Source of the DNA: a bacterium
GTDB taxonomy: Bacteria > Desulfobacterota > DSWW01
Assembly: GCA_040756235.1 (NCBI GenBank)
Contig: JBFLZG010000076.1
Span: 1 to 28,324 of the forward strand
Direction of reading: 5' to 3'
Length of the DNA: 28,324 nucleotides
Each line of letters opens with the position of its first letter. The first letter of the stretch is position 1. The position numbers were made by a program, and so were the translations under genes. Under the pieces are notes generated by a model. It did no database searches, was not told the DNA's origin, and saw only the letters and a list, made by a program, of their open reading frames with translations. Positions 1-6,910 of this stretch are shown one piece after another.

Positions 1-1246
1 CCACCAGGGGTTTTCGATGCTTCCGGGACATCTCGGCCATGTGATCGAAATCGAAAGAAGCGACCCCGGCGAGAGGGGTGAACAGATGGGTGTAGACCGC
101 GTCCACTCCGGGGTCGCTCATGACCGCTTCGACGGCGGTTCGATAGGTCTTTGTATGACCGTGCTTCTCGAGGGCAGGGTAGAGGTCCACCGGGTTCAAC
201 GGTTCCATCCAGTCCGGAAAGACGGTCTTCAGCGCCGACACCGTTGCCGGCTCGAACGACGCCAGCCGCATCTCGAGGTCCGCCATGTCGTCCGAGGAGA
301 CCACGCCGCCCCCTCCGGAAAAGGTGAGGACCGCGACGCGGTCCCCCGGGTTGCGTCTCGGAGCCTGAGACAAGGCAAGGCTGCGGGCCACGTCGAGGAG
401 CTCGGCCATGCCGCGGACGCGGATGCCGCCCGCCTGCCGAAGAGCGGCGTTCAGGACCCGGTCGTCCTGGGCCAGGGCGGCCGTGTGCGAGGCGGCCGCC
501 TGGAGGCCGAAGCTCGAGCGGCCGCTCTTGAGCACCACCACGGGCTTGCGGGCGGAACGAACCAGATCGAAGAAGCGGCGTCCCCTCGGGATCGACTCCG
601 CGTACATGGCGATGACGCCGGTCTCCGGATCCTCCAGCAAATATTCGAGCAGGTCCACCTCGTCCACGTCCGCCTTGTTTCCGATCGAGCAGACCTTGGA
701 GAGGCCGAAGGGCATCCGCGTCAGCATGTGGGTGAGAAAGCCGGCCGAGAGCATGCCGCTCTGCACGACCAGGGCGACCGAGCCCGGCACGAACCGGCCC
801 TGCCACAGCTTGAGGTGCATGAACGAGAGGACCTTGTTCTGGCGCACGTTGATCGCGCCCATGCAGTTGGGGCCCCAGAGCCGCATCCCGGCTTCTCTGG
901 CGATCGACACGCACCGGTCCTGGAGGGCGCGGCCCGCAGCGCCGATCTCCGCAAAGCCGGCCGACTCGATGATGACCCTGCGGACGCCTTTCCGCGCGCA
1001 ATCCGCCAGAGCATGCGGGACCTGCCCGGCCGGGATGAACACGACGGCAACGTCGACCTTTGACGGCACTTCCAGGATGGACTCGTAGCAGGGCGTATCC
1101 TCGATGCGGTCGCTCCGCGGGTTGACGGGATAGAATCTGTCGCCGAAGCAGATCCGGAGATTGAGAAAGAGATGGTGGCCCGGCCGCAGGTGCTTTCCGG
1201 AGGCGCCGATCAGGGCCACGGTCTCCGGTTCCAGGAAGAGATTCAT
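1..1246 (-). CDS. Acetate/acyl-CoA ligase (ADP-forming) family, CoA-binding alpha-type subunit; 3' end runs off the window
   Basis: Not in the ORF track because there is no stop in the window. Manual translation from ATG 1246 (GGAGG upstream): MNLFLEPETVALIGAS...YPVNP...VDVAVVFIPA...IIESAGFAE...GPNCMG...VVQSG...SIGNKADVDE...LKSGRS...AASHTAALA (phospho-His)...TFSGGAGV...NPVDL. Confidence 0.9.
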   Translation of the reverse strand, partial: MNLFLEPETVALIGASGKHLRPGHHLFLNLRICFGDRFYPVNPRSDRIEDTPCYESILEVPSKVDVAVVFIPAGQVPHALADCARKGVRRVIIESAGFAEIGAAGRALQDRCVSIAREAGMRLWGPNCMGAINVRQNKVLSFMHLKLWQGRFVPGSVALVVQSGMLSAGFLTHMLTRMPFGLSKVCSIGNKADVDEVDLLEYLLEDPETGVIAMYAESIPRGRRFFDLVRSARKPVVVLKSGRSSFGLQAAASHTAALAQDDRVLNAALRQAGGIRVRGMAELLDVARSLALSQAPRRNPGDRVAVLTFSGGGGVVSSDDMADLEMRLASFEPATVSALKTVFPDWMEPLNPVDLYPALEKHGHTKTYRTAVEAVMSDPGVDAVYTHLFTPLAGVASFDFDHMAEMSRKHRKPLV

Positions 1247-1449
1247 GATGCAGGTCCTCCGTGGCCCTACTATCTTGCACTTTCGCCGGGAACCGTCAAC
1301 CGGAGCTTCGCATCGACCGGGGGCCCCGAATCCGCCTGCCGCCGAGCTCTTGCCACTGTTCCGGCGGTTCGCCTGGGGTGCCCGGAATCCGCTGGCTTGG
1401 CAGGGACGAATCGATGGCCGGACGCCGGTACACAGTAACGTTTTATATG

Positions 1450-1479
1450 TTGACATAAGTTTACGCACCATCGTATGCT
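1450..1479 (+). promoter_or_regulatory. Putative sigma70 promoter for the GGR-family gene
   Basis: TTGACA (1450-1455), 18 bp spacer, TATGCT (1474-1479) in an AT-rich patch. The near-palindrome TATGTTGACATA overlaps the -35. Confidence 0.55.
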
Positions 1480-1619
1480 GCGCTCTGTGCCATCGGCCTG
1501 ACGGCTTTGCTCTTGTGTGGTTCGCGTCCAACAAGCCCTGCGACTGCTGATGATCGATCCGCGCGTGCTCCGGGAAAGGAAGCACCGGCTGGCGCAGAGT
1601 GCTCGGAGGAGGCGCCGCC

Positions 1620-2840
1620 ATGGTGGATACGGATGTCGTCGTCGTGGGTGCGGGTCCGGCGGGGTCCATGACGGCCCAAAGACTCGCGCAAGCGGGCGTC
1701 AAGGTGATCCTTTGTGAGAAAAGCGACACTCCCGGAAAGGGCAACGTCTGCGCCGGGATGCTCAAGATGTCGTGCGCCAGGGAGTACGGCGTGGACCCGG
1801 CAATTCTCGAGAAGGTCGTTCACCGAGGCATCCACTTTTTCGGCTCAGCCACGGTGGAGATCGGTCAGCCGGGCGGCTATGCCATGATCCTGCGGGATCG
1901 GTTCGACCGCTACCTGGCGGATCGGGCTGCGAGCGCGGGTGCGGAGCTGAGGACAGGGGCCCGGGTCACGGAGGTCGAGGTCATCCGGCCCGGCCGGGTT
2001 CACATCCGCTGCCGAATGGACGACGGAAGACAGGAGAGCCTGCGTTCTTCTGCCGCCGTCCTGGCCGACGGCCCCCACACGCTCGCCTCGCGCCTGTTCC
2101 CCGGCCTGGGGTTTCAACGAGACCCGGAGAATCTGTCCTTTGCTTTTTCTTGCGACGTCGAGGCGCGCGGGAACCGGATGGAGCATTTCGAGATGTACTA
2201 CGACCGCCGTCTCGCGGACTGGGGCTACGGCTGGGTCTTTCCCAAGAAGGACCTGCTCAACGCGGGGCTCATCTGCCGCGTCCCTGAGTACCTGAGCGAC
2301 AAGTCCGTCCTGCAAAGAAGGCTCGAATATCTCTGGAACGAGCATCCGAGGGCCTCCGCGATCCTCGAAGGCCGGCGGCTCGTTCGGAAGCGGGGCGCCA
2401 TGGTTCCCCAGAGGACGGCGCGGAAGCTGGTTGGCGACTCCATCATCGTGGCCGGGGATGCCGCCGGGATGGCCGACGCCCTCTTCGGGGGAGGAATCGA
2501 GAACGCCATGTACAGCGGCGACTGGGCAGCTTCGGTGCTCGAGGATGCGTTGCAGCAGGGTCGCTTGGATGCCGAGTCTCTCGGCCGCGGGGAGCAGCGC
2601 TGGAAATGCGGCGCGCACTGGAAAATGCTGCTGGCGGCAGAGGCGTTCCGCGACTGGAGCTGCAGGCTCGATCGAATCCGTCCCGGCCTCTCGAACCGAA
2701 TGAGATATCTGTTCGCTCTCCGGGTGAAGTTGAAGCTGCAAGGCAAGGGCAGGGCGGCCAGTGCCCTGGGGCCTCTGTTCTCTCCCGCCCTCAGACGATC
2801 CATGGAAATCGGCAGGGAAAGGATTCCCTCACAGTTCTGA
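1620..2840 (+). CDS. Geranylgeranyl reductase family FAD-dependent oxidoreductase
   Basis: ATG 1620 after GGAGGAGG. Motifs: DVVVVGAGPAG Rossmann fold, CAG, RDRFDRYLA, ADG, YGWVFP, GDAAG...GGGI. Confidence 0.85.
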   Translation: MVDTDVVVVGAGPAGSMTAQRLAQAGVKVILCEKSDTPGKGNVCAGMLKMSCAREYGVDPAILEKVVHRGIHFFGSATVEIGQPGGYAMILRDRFDRYLADRAASAGAELRTGARVTEVEVIRPGRVHIRCRMDDGRQESLRSSAAVLADGPHTLASRLFPGLGFQRDPENLSFAFSCDVEARGNRMEHFEMYYDRRLADWGYGWVFPKKDLLNAGLICRVPEYLSDKSVLQRRLEYLWNEHPRASAILEGRRLVRKRGAMVPQRTARKLVGDSIIVAGDAAGMADALFGGGIENAMYSGDWAASVLEDALQQGRLDAESLGRGEQRWKCGAHWKMLLAAEAFRDWSCRLDRIRPGLSNRMRYLFALRVKLKLQGKGRAASALGPLFSPALRRSMEIGRERIPSQF

Positions 2841-2886
2841 TGGTCTCGCCCCGATGAGGCGTTGTCTTCCTTCTGACGCCCTCCTT

Positions 2887-2915
2887 TTGCGTTTTCATCT
2901 CGGGTCCACTATCGT
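2887..2915 (+). promoter_or_regulatory. Possible sigma70 promoter for the MFS gene
   Basis: TTGCGT, 17 bp spacer, TATCGT. Confidence 0.3.
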
Positions 2916-2995
2916 ACGCTGTCCCTGGAGGCTGTCGCTGAACGGTTGCCGCGGCACCTCTGGCTCCGACTGACCGCGCGCTGAAGGCGTCTGAC

Positions 2996-4306
2996 GTGAC
3001 CCGACCGGCTGCAAGACAGGATGGCCGCGAAAAGATTTTCTACGGCTGGTACGTGGTGGCCGTAGCCTTTGTGGCCAACTTCATGGTCACGGGCTCGGGC
3101 TTCTACGTGTTCAATGCGCTGATCAACCCTTTGTGCGATCAGCGGGGGTGGACCCGTACGGAGATCAACGCCGCGCCTGCGATCGGCATGACGATCGCCT
3201 TGCTGACCACGCCCATCTTCGGGACCCTGGTGACGCGCGTCGGTCCCAGGCTCCTCATGCTCGTCGGCTCCGTGGTGGCCGGCGCAGCCTTCTGCTGCAT
3301 GGCGGCCGCTGACCGGATCGGGGTCTTCTATCTTCTTTTTGTGATCTTGTCTCTGGGCAGCGCAGCCATGGGCGGGATCGTGGCCAACACGGCGGTCTCG
3401 AACTGGTTCGTGAAGAAGAGGGGAAAGGCGCTGGGCCTGGCCACGGCGGGAATCTCCCTTTCCGGGGCGGTGTTGCCCTATGTCGGCATGCGCATCCTCG
3501 AGCAGACCGAGCTGTCACGCGTGTTCATCTGGGTGGGCGCGATGATCGCGGCCGTGGCTCCGCTGGCCTGGCTGGTGCTGCGGGACCGGCCGGAGGACTC
3601 GGGGCTCAGGCCGGACGGTGCGAGCGCGGAGGACGCGATCCGGTTCGGGGACGGTCGGCGCGCGGCCGTGAACGGCGGAGCGGCGGTGTGGAGCCCTTCG
3701 GGAATGGTCCGGACCGGGGCCTTCTGGAAGGTCGGATTCGCCTATGCGCTGGTATTGACGGGTGTGGTCGGGGTGATGTTCCAGCTCGCGCCTCGATTCA
3801 TCGATATCGGGTACGACAAGCAGACGGCCATGTTCCTCATATCGGCCACAGCCCTGCTCGGCACCGTCGGGAAGGCGGTCTGGGGCATGCTTTGCGACCG
3901 GTTCGACGCGCGGCGGGTGGCGGCGCTGCTCATGGCGCTGAACGGGTTCGGCCTGGCGATGGCTTTCTTGCAGGGCTCGGTTCTGGATGTGATCCTCTTC
4001 GTCACGATCTTCGGGTTCGCCATGGGAGGCGTCAATTCCACTCTGCCGGTGCTCGTCGGCGACCTGTTCGGCCGGGAGTCGTTCGCCCAGGTGGCGCGGT
4101 TTCTCGGCCTCATCATCTTCCTGGACGCGGCCGGGTACCTCATCATGGGGCAGAGCTTCGATCGCACCGGATCCTACGATCTCGCGTACTGGGTCTTCAT
4201 CTTCCTGGATCTGGCGGCGGCCGGCCTGATCCTGTCCGTGAAGCGGCCGGCTTTGGAGGCAGGCGCATGGGACCTGCGGAAGAGAGCGGCCAGTGACCCG
4301 GGCTGA
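2996..4306 (+). CDS. MFS transporter (OFA/monocarboxylate-like)
   Basis: About 12 hydrophobic segments. Motifs: FYGWYVV N-terminus, GxLVxRVGPR motif A, NWFVKKRGKALGLA, GMLCDRFDAR, DLFGRESF. Confidence 0.9.
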   Translation: MTRPAARQDGREKIFYGWYVVAVAFVANFMVTGSGFYVFNALINPLCDQRGWTRTEINAAPAIGMTIALLTTPIFGTLVTRVGPRLLMLVGSVVAGAAFCCMAAADRIGVFYLLFVILSLGSAAMGGIVANTAVSNWFVKKRGKALGLATAGISLSGAVLPYVGMRILEQTELSRVFIWVGAMIAAVAPLAWLVLRDRPEDSGLRPDGASAEDAIRFGDGRRAAVNGGAAVWSPSGMVRTGAFWKVGFAYALVLTGVVGVMFQLAPRFIDIGYDKQTAMFLISATALLGTVGKAVWGMLCDRFDARRVAALLMALNGFGLAMAFLQGSVLDVILFVTIFGFAMGGVNSTLPVLVGDLFGRESFAQVARFLGLIIFLDAAGYLIMGQSFDRTGSYDLAYWVFIFLDLAAAGLILSVKRPALEAGAWDLRKRAASDPG

Positions 4307-4347
4307 AGCCGGGTGAAAGGCGCCCCTCCGCTTCGACCTTTGTCCCT

Positions 4348-4821
4348 TTACCCTCGACCTTTCTTCAGGGCCTTTTCCAGAGCATCGCGAAGGGGGTTGA
4401 ACCCCTCCGCCGAGGGGCCGGATTCGGCCGGCTCGCCGGCGGACGCGCCGCCGGCGCCCCTCCCCCCCTGCGAAAGATAGCCCGCCAGGATCTCGCGGCT
4501 GTGCTCGTCGTCGTGGCAGTAAACGCAGAGGTTCTCCCAGTTGCTGCCGTCCCGGGGGTTGTTGTGGTGGTTGCCGTCCTTGTGATGGACGGTGAGGAGC
4601 CGCAGCTCCTTGCCGGAGAATTCCCTGCCGCACTTGGCGCAGAGGTTTCCGTGTATCTCGAGGGAGCGCCGCCTGTACTCCTCCATGTAAGGGGCGGCCT
4701 TCCTGGCCTCCTCCTTCAGCTTTCTCACAAACTCCGTAGCGGACGTCTGCCGGGGCCCGCCGACATGGCTGGCTGGCGCGGAGGGTTTGGACCCCTTGGG
4801 ACCGAACGATCTCTTGGCCAT
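4348..4821 (-). CDS. yajD: YajD-family HNH nuclease
   Basis: YRRRSLEIHGNLCAKCGREF...LTVHHKDGNHHNNPRDGSNWENLCVYCHDDEHSR, plus a C-terminal FNPL motif, as in YajD. Confidence 0.8.
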   Translation of the reverse strand: MAKRSFGPKGSKPSAPASHVGGPRQTSATEFVRKLKEEARKAAPYMEEYRRRSLEIHGNLCAKCGREFSGKELRLLTVHHKDGNHHNNPRDGSNWENLCVYCHDDEHSREILAGYLSQGGRGAGGASAGEPAESGPSAEGFNPLRDALEKALKKGRG

Positions 4822-4963
4822 GGCTCTGCTCGATGACTTCCGTCTTCCGGCGGATGCCGGAAGGAACGAAGTGAGATCATGTCGAGTTCACTTCACGAAT
4901 ACCAGATCGCTCGAGCCCTTTTCAAGGCGTCCGAGCCGAGCTCGACGAGGCCAGGCACCGGTC

Positions 4964-5728
4964 TCATCGATTCCTTTCCGGATCCTCTTCGCGCGCGGCG
5001 TCGGAAATCCCTGCGTACCAGTTCATCTGGCGCAGGATCCCCTTCAGGATCCGCACTTCCCGCGGATCGAGCCCCACTTTTCCGAAGGTCCTGCGGAGCA
5101 CCCGCAGGATCCGGTCCGGGTTCGCAGGGTCCAGAAAGCCGATGCGCAGGAGCACTTCACGTGCTTGCTGGTAGAGCTCTTCCAGCTCCTGTGAGCTGGC
5201 GGAGAGGGTCGTGGGGGCAGTGGCTGACGGGGGCGGCGCGGGCCGTGCCTTCATCAGCTCGTAGCAGACGACGAGGACCGCTTGAGCGAGGTTGAGGGAG
5301 GAATGCTCGGGAGCCGTCGGAATGGCGAGCAGGATGTTGCAGAGGTCGAGCTCGCGGTTCGTCAGCCCGCTGTCCTCTCTGCCGAACACGATGCCGATGC
5401 GCGCGTCCGGCGGGCCGCCGCCGAGGTGGCCGGCCAGCGCCTCGGGACCCATCGTCTTGACTCGCTCCTTGCCCTTCCGGGCCGTGCAGCCGACCGTGAC
5501 GTGGAGGTCGGAGAGGGCTCGTCCGAGGGTCGGATAGACCCGGGCGTGCTCGAGGATCTCCTGGGATCCCATGGCCATGCGCCGGGCGTCCTCGCAGAGG
5601 TGATCGGCAGGCCTTACCAGGCGGAGCAGGTGAAAGCCCATGTTCTTCATGGCTCTGGCCGCCGCTCCGATGTTGGCCGGGTGGGCGGGCTCGACCAGGA
5701 CGATGGAGATGTGATTCCGTTCGATCAT
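4964..5728 (-). CDS. trmJ: SPOUT RNA methyltransferase, TrmH group 1 (TrmJ/LasT-like)
   Basis: IVLVEPAHPANIGAAARAMKNMG, VFGREDSGLTNREL, SSLNLAQAV, and C-terminal EVRILKGILRQ. Confidence 0.85.
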   Translation of the reverse strand: MIERNHISIVLVEPAHPANIGAAARAMKNMGFHLLRLVRPADHLCEDARRMAMGSQEILEHARVYPTLGRALSDLHVTVGCTARKGKERVKTMGPEALAGHLGGGPPDARIGIVFGREDSGLTNRELDLCNILLAIPTAPEHSSLNLAQAVLVVCYELMKARPAPPPSATAPTTLSASSQELEELYQQAREVLLRIGFLDPANPDRILRVLRRTFGKVGLDPREVRILKGILRQMNWYAGISDAAREEDPERNR

Positions 5729-5948
5729 GTTTCAGTTTGCGATTGGAAGCCGAAAACGCTCCGCTCCGTCCCCAAGAGAGCCATGGCTGGTGGACACGCT
5801 TCGCATTGTCCACCCTACCGGGGTCCACGCTGCCGGGGAGGTGCCGACACGGGCCCCTCTTCCGCCCAAGAGACATCCTATGTTATGGAAAGAGAGTGGT
5901 CCCCGCAACTTCCGAACGGAAGGCGTTGGATGGAAGAGGAGGAGGCGC

Positions 5949-6587
5949 ATGGAAACGACCCATTCCGGTGACGCCCTGTTGATCGTGGACGTGCAGAACG
6001 ATTTCTGCCCGGGAGGCGCCCTGCCCGTGCGCGAGGGTGACGCCGTCGTGCCTCTGATCAACCGGATCTCGAAGCTGTTCTCGGTCGTCGGCGCAACCCA
6101 GGACTGGCACCCGCTGGGGCATATGTCGTTTGCCAGCACGTACCCCGGAAAGAAGCCGTACGATACGGTCCCATGGCAGGGTACGGAACAGGTCCTCTGG
6201 CCGGACCACTGCGTGCAGGGCACGTTCGGCGCCGACTTCCACCCGGACCTGGACACCCGGGCCTTGCGCTTCGTGGTGCGCAAGGGCTGGCGGCCGAGTA
6301 TCGACTCCTACTCCGGTTTCCTCGAGAACGACCACCGGACGCCGACCGGGCTGGCGGGGCTCCTGCGGGAGCTGGGGGTGATGCGGGTGTTCATCGCCGG
6401 GCTGACGACCGACTACTGTGTGCGCACGACCGCCGTGGACGGCCTCGACGCAGGTTTTCGCGTCACGGTTCTTCTGGACGCCTGCCGGGGGGTGGACGTT
6501 CCGGCAGGGAACGTGAAGAGTGCGCTGGAGGAGTTGAGGTCCAAGGGGGCCGCCGTCCTGGTAAGCAGTGATCTTCGCGCGGCGTAG
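5949..6587 (+). CDS. pncA: Nicotinamidase/pyrazinamidase
   Basis: ATG 5949 after GGAGG. Motifs: DALLIVDVQNDFCPGGAL, TQDWHP..H.SF, WPDHCVQGT, RKG...DSYSGF, GLTTDYCV. Confidence 0.93.
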   Translation: METTHSGDALLIVDVQNDFCPGGALPVREGDAVVPLINRISKLFSVVGATQDWHPLGHMSFASTYPGKKPYDTVPWQGTEQVLWPDHCVQGTFGADFHPDLDTRALRFVVRKGWRPSIDSYSGFLENDHRTPTGLAGLLRELGVMRVFIAGLTTDYCVRTTAVDGLDAGFRVTVLLDACRGVDVPAGNVKSALEELRSKGAAVLVSSDLRAA

Positions 6588-6686
6588 AGCCCGCGCCTCG
6601 AGTCCGTCTCTCTTCCGCAGCCGGAATCCAGTCCCTGTCCCCCGTAATGTCAGGGGGGGTCGTGGGCTTCCTCGCATGCCGGGGAA

Positions 6687-6759
6687 GGGCGACGCATGCG
6701 TCGCCCCTACAAGAGGTGGTGCGTCGGCCCCGCCACGGGTGCGGCAAGCAGCGCTCCTG
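6687..6759. repeat. GTAG-type REP-like palindromes (one perfect, one degenerate)
   Basis: Perfect 20-bp palindrome GGGCGACGCATGCGTCGCCC (6687-6706) followed by CTAC (GTAG on the minus strand). A second imperfect unit GGGTGCGGCAAGCAGCGCTCCTG lies at 6737-6759. Confidence 0.7.
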
Positions 6760-6811
6760 AATGCCTGCCGGAAGCCGCCACGGGACCGCAGGCCTCGCCC
6801 GGAATGGCCGT

Positions 6812-6840
6812 TTGCAAATCGGGCGGCGTGCATTTACTAT
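6812..6840 (+). promoter_or_regulatory. Putative sigma70 promoter for the FAD oxidoreductase/CCG operon
   Basis: TTGCAA, 17 bp spacer, TACTAT. About 70 bp upstream of ATG 6911. Confidence 0.55.
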
Positions 6841-6910
6841 TAAGGAGGGCAATCTAATAGAGGTATATCCTGCAACGCGTATCGCCAGTCGGGCTCAAGG
6901 AGGTCGAGGC

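Noticed and set aside
17..1088. Plus-strand ORFs of 348 and 226 aa
   Set aside because: Shadows of the minus-strand acyl-CoA ligase, which the track missed because it has no stop in the window.
4348..4821. HNH protein as part of a defence or CRISPR system
   Set aside because: It matches the widespread stand-alone YajD family, and no array, methylase or other defence gene is nearby.
5729..5948. Riboswitch or NrtR site upstream of pncA
   Set aside because: No convincing conserved motif or palindrome recognised by eye.
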